64,000 bases of DNA, from assembly GCA_019057385.1 (NCBI GenBank), contig JAHQJS010000007.1, positions 715,685-779,684 on the forward strand, in the 5' to 3' direction. A program made the position numbers and the translations under genes. Below are positions 47,723-58,409 of this stretch, piece by piece. The DNA comes from Candidatus Borrarchaeum weybense. Its GTDB lineage: Archaea > Asgardarchaeota > Sifarchaeia > Borrarchaeales > Borrarchaeaceae. Below the pieces are notes generated by a model. The model saw only the letters and a list, made by a program, of their open reading frames with translations. It had not been told where the DNA came from and did no database searches. Each line of letters begins with the position of its first letter. The first letter of the stretch is position 1.

Positions 47723-48058
47723 TTAATCGGCTTCTATGATTCGGATATCGTTTTGGGTAAGTTCAGAAAATAAGGAATAGATTTCTTGATTGATCCTTAG
47801 TTCAACCTCATTTATTTTTTCAATTATTCGCGTATATTCAATATAATTACCTACCCATTTTTTAGAGTCATTTTGATTAGATTCGAGTTGATTTTTTTCC
47901 TGTAAAAGTGAAATCAACTCGATTACAAGTTCGGTAATTCTATCATGTTTTGTTTTTTCTTTAGGATCTGAGAGATCTATCTTTTTTATGAGTATTCTGC
48001 TTAAGGGTGTGGTGAAATATTCATTCGTACCACTCTTTGCTTTTTTTGTCGTAATCAT
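47723..48058 (-). CDS. Stand-alone alternative C-terminal segment of the Type IIG R-M enzyme
   Basis: KAKSGTNEYFTTPLSRILIKKID vs KAKGGMNEYFTTPLSRIPIREID in the large gene; ends INQEIYSLFSELT..IIE. Confidence 0.7.
   Translation of the reverse strand: MITTKKAKSGTNEYFTTPLSRILIKKIDLSDPKEKTKHDRITELVIELISLLQEKNQLESNQNDSKKWVGNYIEYTRIIEKINEVELRINQEIYSLFSELTQNDIRIIEAD
47992..48019 (-). repeat. 28-bp inverted repeat, left arm
   Basis: TATTTCACCACACC(C/A)TTAAGCAGAATAC, 27/28 identical to 51249-51276. Confidence 0.85.
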
Positions 48059-48185
48059 TTTTAATAAAAAGGTAGATAATAAAATGTAAAATGTTTTATA
48101 GGCGACAAAAATTTAATGAATGTATTATTCAACTTTGAAGAAAATTTTTATTGATCGATCAATCCGGTCTCGGGTTGTTGTTCTA

Positions 48186-51100
48186 ATGACTGATGAGATT
48201 CGTCGTACATTTGAAGCTACCATTCACGAACTAATCACAAAATACGATCAATGGATTCACGAAAAGGGTGAAAAAGGACTAAAAGAAATAAGTGAGGCAA
48301 ATATCAGAAAAGATTTTGTTGATCCCCCCTTTGAGGCATTAGGATGGCAAGTTAGAGACGCCCACGAGTACGACGCTGAAAAATATGTTCGACCAGGTCA
48401 TGCTGATGTTATGATTAAATTAAATGAAGAGCCAGTTATGATTATTGAAGCTAAAAGATTTCGCGGAATTCCAGAAAGGGCATTTCAGCAAACAATAAAT
48501 GGGATTTCTATACGGACGGATTGGTATGATGAAGAGCGACAAGTCCTGAACTATGCTTATCGTACAGGTGTAAAATGGGCCATTTTAACTAACTTTGAAA
48601 AGTTTAGAGTCTTTAATGCTTTTAATGGGATAACTGTACTAAATATAGAAAAACCTATTGAGTATATTGATAGAATTAACGAAATGTTGCTTTTGACGAA
48701 AAGTTCAGTGGAATCTGGACAATTAGATAAAATAGAAGAAAGAAGAGAATTACCAGATATCGACTTAGGCTTTTTAGAATTGTTAAAAGATTGGAGACTA
48801 AAGTTGGCACGAAGGATCTATGAATTGAATGTTGGGAAGACCGTTGAAATAGATGGGAAACAGATAGTCTTCTCTTTTGATACTGAAGAGCTTATGAAGA
48901 AAAATCTCGAATTAATAAAATCAGCAACTCAAAGGTTGCTGGATCGACTCATAATAATGCGATTCGCAGAGGATAAATTAATCACAGAACATCCAGACTT
49001 ACTTAAAATTATAAACGATAATTGGATACAGACAAGAGGATATCGTGATATCAATTTCTTGAAAAACTCTCTCAATGATATATTTGCGGGATTCTACAAA
49101 AAGCATAATAGTAAAATTTTTGAGAAAGGACATATCTGTGAAAAATTAGAGATAGATAATGAAGTTTTAAGTGAAATAATAACTGCGCTTTATGGAATTT
49201 GTTTTAGAAAATTCACGTCGGACATCTTAGGAAATACGTATGAGAGTTATTTGGGGCACGAATTTTTCTTTAGAGGTAGTACACTTGATCTAAGAGCCAA
49301 TCTACGGCTGCAGAAGATGGGAGGGATATATTACACACCTATAGATATTGTTCAGTTCATTGTGGATTATACTCTGGGTATTAAATTAGAAAAAATATGG
49401 GAACGTACAGAAGAACTACTCGGTGAAGGCCAGCATGAAGAAGCGATTGGCTTTTTTATTGAAGTCTTTGACATAAAAACGTTAGATGCAGCATGTGGAT
49501 CTGGTACATTCTTAATCAAAGTTCTGGAATTATTTGAAGAATATTACAGAAAATTCAAAGAAAAAATCAGAGGAATCAGAAAACTAGAACAACTAGATAA
49601 AATAAGTAGTTATTTGAAGTTGCCAGACGGCATTTCAAACTATACGGTGGCTATCCTAAAGAAAAGCATATATGGCAATGATTTAGATCCTTCAGCATCC
49701 GAGATAACTTCGGTGAATTTAGTTTTGCAGTCTTTAGAAAGAGAAAAGAAATTACCTCTAATTCTTTATGAAAATATCAAAATTGGAAATTCGTTAATTT
49801 CAGGTGTGACTTCAGAGAAAGATCTTGATAGATTCCAAAATGAAATTGAAAAGTTAACAGAGTTAAGAGAACAATTAAAAGAAGTTGAAGATGTGGAAGA
49901 AAAAAAGGAACTTGAAAAAGAAGAATCAACTCTTAGAGAAAAAATTTATTCCGAACTCAATAGAAATCTGAAACCTTACTTTGATAACCTAGACGATTTA
50001 ATGAAACCATTTGTCTGGGAGATAGAGTTTCCTGAAATATTTTCAAATGGCGGATTCGATGTAGTTATAGGAAACCCTCCGTATTTTACAATTGAAGGAC
50101 GTCGAGAAAGGGAACAAACTATTTATTACGAGTATTTCAAGAATTTTGAGGTTTGGAAACCATACTTTAGAGCAAATTCGGATATCTATTACTATTTCAT
50201 CATTCAGGCAATAAGATTATTGAATAAGGGAGGACTATTTGGCTTTATCATAGAAAATTACTTTTTAGAAAATGATTTTGCAGACCGCTTGAGAGAGTTT
50301 ATTTTGAAAAACACAACAGTAGAAAAGATAATCCATTTCGGCGACATTAAGATATTTCCTACTGCGGATAATGATACATGCATCTTAATCTTAAAGAAAG
50401 AAGACAATGAAAAGATTAGAAAAGAAAACAAAATAAAGGTTGTTCGCTGCAAAAAAACGCCAGAATTAAATGAAAACCTAATTCAGCAATTGCAAGAAAT
50501 GATATCAAAAGAGTTTTTCGAGAAAAAGGTTCAGCAGGAACGAAACAAAAAACTAGTTGAACACATAAGAGAGCATATCTCAAAAGAAGAATACTCAGAT
50601 GACCTCATCGATGTTTTTTGGGTACAACAGAATAGCCTAAATGAAAACAAATGGGTTCTTTCAATACAAGAGGAGATAATAGATAAAATTGAGAACGTAG
50701 ATTTTACATTAGCCGATTGTTGCTACATAGGAGAAGGATTCAAAACCGGATTAAATGAAGCATTTATCGTAGATGAAACTACCATCAATAAATTTGGATT
50801 AGAAAGCGAAATATTAGTCCCTCTCTTGAGAAACAGCCATATTTCCCGTTATTATGCAAATTATAGGGATCTCCATTTGATTTACGCCACTAATGAAACC
50901 GATATAGATGCCTATGAAAATGTTAAAGATTATCTAGACGGATTTCGAGAGAAGTTAGAAAATAGGTTCCAATTTAAGGATGAAACCTGTAAATGGTATA
51001 GTCTCAGTATTCCCCAAAGCCAAGAACTCTTTGATAACGCGTCCGAAAAAATCTTTTGTCCCTATAGAGCCGAAAGGAATACATTTGCATATGATAACGA

Positions 51101-51989
51101 AATGCATTATGGTTTGACAGATACCTATATAATCGTTCCAATAGCGGAATATGAAATGGATATCAGGTATCTTCTTGCCTTATTAAATTCTCAAGTGCTT
51201 GATTTCTGGTATAATCATGCGGGAAAGGCAAAAGGCGGCATGAACGAGTATTTCACCACACCATTAAGCAGAATACCTATACGAGAAATCGATTTCACAA
51301 ACCCTGAAGACGTGTCGATGCATGATGAACTTGTTAAATTGGTAACGCAGTTGATTGTTTTATTTAAAATAAAAGACTGGGTTCGCTCAACTATCAAAAA
51401 TTTACTAACTATTTTCAGTATGCTTAAAAAAGAATCTCTTGACTATTATTTTAATCTAAACGAGCCTTCCTGGATAGAAAGATACGGCATAGAACTTTTA
51501 AAGAGCAAAAAGATCGAAACCAATGAAGAAGTCCTTATTAAAGAATATAACGTAGATTTAGAAGACAATTACATTATTATCAAGACAAAGATTGATGAAG
51601 AAAAGATATTCAGAGAAGTATTGCGATTATATTTTAATAACCAACATTTCAGAGATTATTTCTATTTAAACTTAATAGAAAATGAAGGAAAAAGAAATTA
51701 TAAAAAAAAGAAGCCCTTATACACTACTACATTGAAAGATATGGTAGTTCGAAGATATTCTGAGTCTAATCTAATTAATGATAATGTTTCAACAATTCTA
51801 AACTTGATGGAAGTTCTGAATAAAGAATTCAGGAAAGAACATGATGAAATAAAAATAAAATTAGATTTATCAAAAGTAAAAAAGGAGATAGCTGAACTTC
51901 AAGTAAAAATAGATCATCTGGTTTATAGACTTTATGACGCCCTTACCTACGAAGATTCTAAAATTATAAAGGGTGAATTGATAGAATAG
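48186..51989 (+). CDS. Type IIG restriction-modification enzyme (Eco57I/TaqI-like)
   Basis: N-terminal AD..IIEAKR nuclease, GIYYTP, LDAACGSGTF, GNPPY, C-terminal TRD with YLLALLNS. Confidence 0.93.
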   Translation: MTDEIRRTFEATIHELITKYDQWIHEKGEKGLKEISEANIRKDFVDPPFEALGWQVRDAHEYDAEKYVRPGHADVMIKLNEEPVMIIEAKRFRGIPERAFQQTINGISIRTDWYDEERQVLNYAYRTGVKWAILTNFEKFRVFNAFNGITVLNIEKPIEYIDRINEMLLLTKSSVESGQLDKIEERRELPDIDLGFLELLKDWRLKLARRIYELNVGKTVEIDGKQIVFSFDTEELMKKNLELIKSATQRLLDRLIIMRFAEDKLITEHPDLLKIINDNWIQTRGYRDINFLKNSLNDIFAGFYKKHNSKIFEKGHICEKLEIDNEVLSEIITALYGICFRKFTSDILGNTYESYLGHEFFFRGSTLDLRANLRLQKMGGIYYTPIDIVQFIVDYTLGIKLEKIWERTEELLGEGQHEEAIGFFIEVFDIKTLDAACGSGTFLIKVLELFEEYYRKFKEKIRGIRKLEQLDKISSYLKLPDGISNYTVAILKKSIYGNDLDPSASEITSVNLVLQSLEREKKLPLILYENIKIGNSLISGVTSEKDLDRFQNEIEKLTELREQLKEVEDVEEKKELEKEESTLREKIYSELNRNLKPYFDNLDDLMKPFVWEIEFPEIFSNGGFDVVIGNPPYFTIEGRREREQTIYYEYFKNFEVWKPYFRANSDIYYYFIIQAIRLLNKGGLFGFIIENYFLENDFADRLREFILKNTTVEKIIHFGDIKIFPTADNDTCILILKKEDNEKIRKENKIKVVRCKKTPELNENLIQQLQEMISKEFFEKKVQQERNKKLVEHIREHISKEEYSDDLIDVFWVQQNSLNENKWVLSIQEEIIDKIENVDFTLADCCYIGEGFKTGLNEAFIVDETTINKFGLESEILVPLLRNSHISRYYANYRDLHLIYATNETDIDAYENVKDYLDGFREKLENRFQFKDETCKWYSLSIPQSQELFDNASEKIFCPYRAERNTFAYDNEMHYGLTDTYIIVPIAEYEMDIRYLLALLNSQVLDFWYNHAGKAKGGMNEYFTTPLSRIPIREIDFTNPEDVSMHDELVKLVTQLIVLFKIKDWVRSTIKNLLTIFSMLKKESLDYYFNLNEPSWIERYGIELLKSKKIETNEEVLIKEYNVDLEDNYIIIKTKIDEEKIFREVLRLYFNNQHFRDYFYLNLIENEGKRNYKKKKPLYTTTLKDMVVRRYSESNLINDNVSTILNLMEVLNKEFRKEHDEIKIKLDLSKVKKEIAELQVKIDHLVYRLYDALTYEDSKIIKGELIE
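51249..51276 (+). repeat. 28-bp inverted repeat, right arm (inside the Type IIG gene)
   Basis: Reverse complement of 47992-48019 with one mismatch. Confidence 0.85.
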
Positions 51990-52299
51990 ATTGAAATTGA
52001 ATACACATATTGATTTTTCAACAGGTACGATAAGACTAAACATAAGGGATTCATGCGTTTTATCAAGAAAAAGGTAGTTTCAAACGAGGAAGCAGAGGGG
52101 TAAGGAGAGTTTTAAGATGCTCTCCTTAAATTAAATCGTCGATATCGGCAAAATCGTTGTCAAGAAACTAGTAGGCAACTATTAAGCCAAGATATCCTTT
52201 GTTTTTTTCGTTACGACCTTTCTCGTCCTCTGCGAGTCATCCCTGCCCATCAAAGGCGTCAGACCTTTATGGATGAGTGATTTCATGCACAAGAACGTG

Positions 52300-52752
52300 C
52301 TACACGCTGAAAGCGGATAGCATACCGTCTTGCAAGTCATCAAGATAGAGATTCACTGTTAATAAGAGATGATTTTTCAAAGAAGAGAAACCAAATTCGA
52401 GAGATTCATTGATCTTATCAAGCGCTTGACATTTTTTAACAAAGGAATAGAGTGCATAAGGCGAATATTGGCACAGTTCAATCTCTCTCTTGAGTGCATC
52501 GAAATCTATAGCTTCGGTTTCTGCTGCGCCGTAGCGCGAGTACGTTGTCCACCTGAATTTTCGAGAAATGGCTGCAGCAAGTCTATCATAGTATTGAAGC
52601 AGGGAAAGGATAGGCAGTTTTCTTTCATCTATATCATAGTTACAATGGTTTTTCACAAGATTATGAACGTCTTCATCAATTAATGCCTTTTTTAATGAGG
52701 AATCACCAACATATCTAGAGACAAGATATGAGGATTCGTAACTAGTATGCAC
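52300..52752 (-). CDS. Probable N-truncated HD/Cas10-like helical domain protein
   Basis: LQYYDRLAAAISR and SLKNHLLLTVNL resemble HD/Cas10 segments; no HD dyad present. Confidence 0.45.
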   Translation of the reverse strand: MHTSYESSYLVSRYVGDSSLKKALIDEDVHNLVKNHCNYDIDERKLPILSLLQYYDRLAAAISRKFRWTTYSRYGAAETEAIDFDALKREIELCQYSPYALYSFVKKCQALDKINESLEFGFSSLKNHLLLTVNLYLDDLQDGMLSAFSV

Positions 52753-52842
52753 AACCTCCGATGCGTGTTTATTGGGTTGGCGAGTGTTATCCCTCCAAAA
52801 CGCTCTTTTTCCTTTTTTGTATTTCTGGAGTATCTTCTATGG

Positions 52843-53613
52843 TTACAACAATCTGATCATCCGATTTACCACATCGATGCACAAACCGAATAAATCCTGC
52901 ACTTCTTCAATATCATATATCTTCTCGGGATGCTGTGTAGGGTTTCTAAATGAGCGGCGAATATTATCTAAATTATTAAGAAGCACATCAGGTGGTTTAT
53001 TTCTACGTTTTTTGAGATGTTCGGTCATTGGTCCCCAGAGCATACCTTTAACACGATTTCTTTTTACAAAAGAACAGTAAAAATATCGTAAGACGGCTTC
53101 AGTTCCTCGTAGCAAGTGAAATGCCGCTGCTGTAGGACGTCCAAACGCAATACACTTGCCAGCTTCACCGAAGTCGTACTGGGCGATGTCAGGTAGAGCG
53201 TCAAAGACATTAGGAGCCATTAAAGCGGGCATATCATAAAGGACTTTATTGACATCAAGTCTCTTATCAGTAACGATAAAGGCTATGTTTCCCTCGGCTT
53301 CCGCTAAAAGTGTTTTTTTTAAATCATCCATAATTTCTTTAAGATCAGACGCTTCATCGGCTGTAAGGTTATGATCTGGATCTGTCTGTGCCAATTTATC
53401 GCTAAATTTTTTTAGCCTTTTTGTTGCGCCTGCACGTTGAGTGACTGGCAGATTAAATTCATTTAAGCTTTCAAAAATCAGATCTATGATAGGCAATACA
53501 CACCTTTCTCCGTGCACAGGATATGCATAATCTTCAAAAGATGTTATTGCATCATTAAGATACCTTATGTTTGCTCCAAAAATTATGTAGTCACATATTG
53601 GTTTTGATTGCAT
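52843..53613 (-). CDS. HEPN-like (RxxxxH) protein, putative defence effector
   Basis: EAGKCIAFG.PTAAAFHLLRGTE and FRNPTQHP. Confidence 0.7.
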   Translation of the reverse strand: MQSKPICDYIIFGANIRYLNDAITSFEDYAYPVHGERCVLPIIDLIFESLNEFNLPVTQRAGATKRLKKFSDKLAQTDPDHNLTADEASDLKEIMDDLKKTLLAEAEGNIAFIVTDKRLDVNKVLYDMPALMAPNVFDALPDIAQYDFGEAGKCIAFGRPTAAAFHLLRGTEAVLRYFYCSFVKRNRVKGMLWGPMTEHLKKRRNKPPDVLLNNLDNIRRSFRNPTQHPEKIYDIEEVQDLFGLCIDVVNRMIRLL

Positions 53614-53886
53614 TTTTCTCCCCTCACCACAGTTTAACGTATGGCAGTTATATGTAACTTTTGCACAAAATTAGGAATCAAAACTTTTAGAACTATTAAA
53701 CATATTAAACTTAAAATACACGTCATTTTCGGTCGAGATGTTTAAAAGACCAAGGATTGAGTAGGTGAAAAAGATGAATATTGATCCACTAGGTTCTTTG
53801 ATCCAAAATTCGCACATCAAAGTGATAGGTTTGAAATAAATTCGCAACATTTATGAACCAACGGACCTGATATATCTGGAGGAACA

Positions 53887-54840
53887 ATGGGAACTTTTGA
53901 TACGTATTCGAAACGCAAAAAACGAATTGAAAATGCTGGGCAACCTGATGTCTATATTTATGATAAGTTACCAATGCGTTTACGCGTTCAGATTATCCAT
54001 ATATGGAACTCGGCTATTGGACCATTTTTGTCCAGAGAACGTCGGCTCCCTTTTCAACCTCCGCCACACTCCAATAAATTGTGGTGGAGACTACACACTA
54101 CAATATGTCGCGAGCTTAGTTTATTAACACTAGGAGATAGTAGTTCAGATCCATTTAATCGATGCCAACAGTTCCTACTAAAAGAAGAAGAAGTCGACAA
54201 TGTCTTAGATATTATTGAAGTATCATTTTGGGTTATTAATACTATTGTTCGCAAGATGATCCCCTCTGAACGAAGCGACTCAAACATTATACAATCGCCT
54301 GATGATGCTATTGAAGAATTAAATTATAGGTTTAGAGAGAATAGTGTCGGTTATCAGTATGTAAAAGGTAAAATTATCAAAGCAAACTCCCAGTATATTC
54401 AAGCGGAAGTTGTGCGTCCCACAATCTCACTCCTATCAGATGTAAAGTTCAAAGGTGCTGAAGAGGAGTTCCTAAAGGCTCACGAACATTATCGAAAAGG
54501 TAGAAATAAGGAAGCTATTGCCGAGGCAAATAAAGCGTTTGAAAGCACAATGAGGTCAATTTGCTCCGCTAAGAGCTGGAATGTTCCTGCCAATGCCACC
54601 GCAAGCCGTTTGATCCAAGCCTGTTTTGACAATGAATTAATTCCATCCAGTTTGCAAAGTCATTTCGGTGCATTTCAATCAACTCTTAAAGACGGTCTTC
54701 CAACAGTCAGGAACAAATTAGCAGGACACGGACAAGGACCGACACCAATTCAAGTACCAGATTATCTTGCTGCCTACGCATTACACCTTGCTGCCACGAA
54801 TATCGTTTTCTTGGTCAAGGCTTTTTTGAACTTAAAATGA
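53887..54840 (+). CDS. AbiJ-N / Abi_C-type HEPN protein (STM4504/CBY_0614-like)
   Basis: DVYIYDKLP.RLRVQI, ELNYRFRE..VGYQY, KAFESTM, RNKLAGHGQG. Confidence 0.85.
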   Translation: MGTFDTYSKRKKRIENAGQPDVYIYDKLPMRLRVQIIHIWNSAIGPFLSRERRLPFQPPPHSNKLWWRLHTTICRELSLLTLGDSSSDPFNRCQQFLLKEEEVDNVLDIIEVSFWVINTIVRKMIPSERSDSNIIQSPDDAIEELNYRFRENSVGYQYVKGKIIKANSQYIQAEVVRPTISLLSDVKFKGAEEEFLKAHEHYRKGRNKEAIAEANKAFESTMRSICSAKSWNVPANATASRLIQACFDNELIPSSLQSHFGAFQSTLKDGLPTVRNKLAGHGQGPTPIQVPDYLAAYALHLAATNIVFLVKAFLNLK

Positions 54841-55013
54841 TGCTCTAAACATCTTTGCGAATTTGTCTATGAATTCACAAATTTAGCCCACAAAAAATTA
54901 CATGCTCGATTCACAAAAATCGAAAATCCTTCAACCACGATTCGTTTTTTCGAACCGTAAGCTGGGCCTTTTTAAATCTAATTACGTTAAAAATATGAAG
55001 GAGGTGAAATGAA

Positions 55014-55550
55014 GTGGAAGTTGCTGAAGAGATTGTGACGTCTTGGCTTAAGCAAAAGGGATATTTTACAATGAACGAGATCAAGGTAGGTCTAAAAGAA
55101 ATTGATATTTTAGCCGTAAATCCTATCACCAACATAAAACAGCACGTAGAAGTTAAAGTCGCCATCACACCCCTTGGTGGACTACGACTTTGGGGCGCAG
55201 CGAAATATGCCAAAGAACCATTACCAGATAGGATCAGAGATTTTTGCCAGGGCAAATTTATTGGTTCGGTAAACAAGGAAACAAGGGAACTTAAGAATAG
55301 AAGCGTTGAAGAAGAAGCAATATCAATTTTCGGTGATAAGGATTATGATAAAATACTAGTTTGTGGCAAGTTAGACAAAACTGATCTACCGAAAGAAAAG
55401 CTCGAAACTGAATTAACCAAATATCACGTTAGATTGATCCCTATAACCGAGATCTTAGTTGATCTACAACAAAGCTTAAAGATTACCTTCATGGATCACC
55501 CAAGGCGCTATCTCCAGATCTTTACCACTTTTTTAGGAAGCGAGCGATGA
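55014..55550 (+). CDS. PD-(D/E)xK nuclease-fold protein
   Basis: AEEIVTSWL..GYF..EIDILA..HVEVK. Confidence 0.78.
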   Translation: MEVAEEIVTSWLKQKGYFTMNEIKVGLKEIDILAVNPITNIKQHVEVKVAITPLGGLRLWGAAKYAKEPLPDRIRDFCQGKFIGSVNKETRELKNRSVEEEAISIFGDKDYDKILVCGKLDKTDLPKEKLETELTKYHVRLIPITEILVDLQQSLKITFMDHPRRYLQIFTTFLGSER

Positions 55551-55699
55551 GGATTAGCGTCCTTCTTTTTTTTTCCTATTTTTCCAAAAATACTTTGTAA
55601 AAATCAAACTGTCCTTTCATGTTGTTAGATTGCTTTTTAGTACGATCTTTAGATATAGTAGAACCATTTATTCAAAATGAAAATTGGGAAGAGGAAAAA

Positions 55700-55825
55700 A
55701 TGGAGATTTATTGTGCAAAATGTGACGGTAATAGGTTTACTATCCGTGTTGACGAATTACTTCAGACCATACTTGTGTGCAACAGTTGTAAGACCGCATT
55801 TACTCTATTTTCACGTGAAACGTAG
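55700..55825 (+). CDS. Small zinc-ribbon protein
   Basis: MEIYCAKCD..VCNSCK, 41 aa, SD GAGG. Confidence 0.5.
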   Translation: MEIYCAKCDGNRFTIRVDELLQTILVCNSCKTAFTLFSRET

Positions 55826-56061
55826 GTTTCATTATTTTGCAGGGAAGAAAGAGATCACCATAGTGGGTGATGGTTCTTCCTTTCATTTAGGTAGAACGTC
55901 ACAGAAGAGAATTAACTTAGTAGGTACTTTCCTACTTTTTGCTGTAGAATACCAAAATTCTTCAGGTGTCCTATCCACTTCACAGGCTCCATTCTTTTGT
56001 AACCAAACCGCTCTAGGATAACGTGAAAATTTATGCCTGATATGTGTTCGGTGTTCAAGTA

Positions 56062-56730
56062 TTACTCGCAGTTTCGATACATTTGATGATTCCACACAGT
56101 GTGGAACCGTTTGGTGGAAGTTGTACTACTCTGTTTTAATAGATGTTTTTTGATACTAAGAGCCAATTTTTCTAGAGTAATAGGTATAGCCTCCCAATCA
56201 ATCCCTAGTTTCTTGTCAGGTAGACAGAATAACCGCTCTCCTTTGGGCGCCCCGGGGTATCGTGGCAGCAAGTGAAAGTGCAAATGTTCTGTAGTATCCT
56301 TTTCCTCTGTTTTTAGTTCCCGCTTTTCAAAGTGATCGCACATCGAATAGACATATACCTTTTCAGCACGTAGTTCTTCCTTGAGCCTTCGTGAATAACG
56401 TGAAAGGACTTCACCTATTTGCTCATGTGTCGCCTTAGATGCATTGGTTATGTCACATATGTCGTCATAAGGATATTTCCATATAACCAATGTATGTCCA
56501 GCAACTTTGGGGTCTCGTGAAAGAAGGACGATATACTCTATTGAATCTAAGGACATCTCGTTTTCGGGGTAAATTAGTCTATATTTCTCTTTTTCTAAGA
56601 AATCTCGCCACCCATCTTCGCCAGAATTTAGCCATTCGCAGAAGACACATTTTCTTTTTTTATGACGCTTGACATTTTCATCATCATTATTCATGATTTT
56701 CCCTCCATCAGTTTTAAATGTATAATTCAA
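56062..56730 (-). CDS. HIT-family hydrolase
   Basis: CVFC, GHTLV, HLHFHLLPRY. Confidence 0.85.
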   Translation of the reverse strand: MNYTFKTDGGKIMNNDDENVKRHKKRKCVFCEWLNSGEDGWRDFLEKEKYRLIYPENEMSLDSIEYIVLLSRDPKVAGHTLVIWKYPYDDICDITNASKATHEQIGEVLSRYSRRLKEELRAEKVYVYSMCDHFEKRELKTEEKDTTEHLHFHLLPRYPGAPKGERLFCLPDKKLGIDWEAIPITLEKLALSIKKHLLKQSSTTSTKRFHTVWNHQMYRNCE

Positions 56731-57016
56731 AGTATAATAATGTTCAAACCTCTGATCTCTGCGTCTCCATTGATGAGATGCGTGAATTCAACACATTCAA
56801 CCGTGATCAATTCAGAGAAGGAAAATTCAACTTCACCTTTCAAAACATCGGAATACTTTAATCGTAATTCTAGTTGAAGATCAGTGAACACATTACTACC
56901 CAAATGTGTAACAACTTTTTGATATTACTAAGTATTTAATAAAAACATTGATCTTATCGTGGTATCGAGTTTACTAAAATCACAAACACGTTCAAGGATA
57001 TGCGGATGGTAAAAAA

Positions 57017-58288
57017 ATGCATGAAGAATATGTAAAGGATATGTACGATCATGTAAAGAAGCAAAATACATGGCGTAAGAAAGAATGTATAAATTTAATT
57101 GCGAGTGAAAATGTTTCAAGTCCTTTAGTCGACGATATACGTATTTCAGATTTTATGCATAGGTATGCTGAAGGATTACCATACCAGAGGTATTACCAAG
57201 GCACGAAATATATAGACTATATCGAAAATAAAGTAGTTGAATTAGCAAAAAAAATCTTTGACGTCAATTTCGTTGAACCGAGAGCAATTTCAGGAACTGT
57301 AGCTAATTTAGCAGTATTTAGTGCTCTAACAAACCATGGTGACAATATAGCTACCCTTAGTATTCCTGCGGGTGCCCACATAAGTCATTTAGGGGTTGGT
57401 TGCGCGGGTATTTGTGGACTAAAACAATTTGATTTGCCCTTTGATGAAAAAGAGATGAATATTGATGTTGATAAAACAATTACACTTCTCGATACCAATA
57501 ATTTTAGTCTTATTGTCTTAGGTACAAGTTTGTTTCTATTTCCAGCCCCCGTAAAAGAATTGAAAGAAGCTATAGGCAAAGAGACGAAAATTGTTTATGA
57601 CGCAGCACACGTACTCGGATTGATCGCGGCAAAAGAATTTCAAGATCCGATAAGGGAAGGTGCGGATGTTATCTCTTCCTCAACACATAAAACACTGCCT
57701 GGACCGCAAGGTGGCATTATTCTAACAAACAATGCAGAGCATTACAAGAAAATATCGAGGGCTGTATTTCCTGGTATTGTATCTAATCATCATTTAGCGA
57801 GGCTTCCAGGTCTAGTAATTGCACTTGCTGAAATGTTAGATTTTGGTAAAGAATACGCAACGCAAATGATAGTCAATGCCAAAAAATTAGCTGAATGTCT
57901 TTATGAACGAGGGTTTCAGGTGTTGTGTGAACACAAGAATTTCACAAAGTCGCATCAAGTCGCTGTTGATGTTCAGAATTATGGTGGTGGAACTAAAGTA
58001 GCGACAAAATTGGAAAAAGCAAATATCATCTGCAACAAAAATCTGTTACCTTGGGATAAACCGAAAAAATCCCTAAATCCTTCTGGGATCAGAATAGGTA
58101 CAACAGAAATGACACATGTAGGTATGAAAGAAAAAGAAATGGAGAGAATAGCTGAATTCATTACAGATACAATTATTAAAGAAAAAGATACAGAAAAAAT
58201 CAAAAAAGAGATAACTGAATTTAAACAGGACTTTTTGGAAGTCAAATATACCTATAAACTCAGCAATATGAGTCCAAATAGCATCTAG
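57017..58288 (+). CDS. glyA: Serine hydroxymethyltransferase (archaeal type)
   Basis: NLIASEN, RYAEG, RYYQG, YDAAHVLGL, STHKTLPGPQGG, SGIRIGT. Confidence 0.97.
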   Translation: MHEEYVKDMYDHVKKQNTWRKKECINLIASENVSSPLVDDIRISDFMHRYAEGLPYQRYYQGTKYIDYIENKVVELAKKIFDVNFVEPRAISGTVANLAVFSALTNHGDNIATLSIPAGAHISHLGVGCAGICGLKQFDLPFDEKEMNIDVDKTITLLDTNNFSLIVLGTSLFLFPAPVKELKEAIGKETKIVYDAAHVLGLIAAKEFQDPIREGADVISSSTHKTLPGPQGGIILTNNAEHYKKISRAVFPGIVSNHHLARLPGLVIALAEMLDFGKEYATQMIVNAKKLAECLYERGFQVLCEHKNFTKSHQVAVDVQNYGGGTKVATKLEKANIICNKNLLPWDKPKKSLNPSGIRIGTTEMTHVGMKEKEMERIAEFITDTIIKEKDTEKIKKEITEFKQDFLEVKYTYKLSNMSPNSI

Positions 58289-58409
58289 TTTCTCCCAGGA
58301 TGACCTGTCCATCGGGTATTTTGCGATCGGGTCATATTACCTCTATTGACCGCTCATATGGTTTTGATGATGCATTCGTAGGATGACCTATCCTTTAAGA
58401 AAAGATAGT

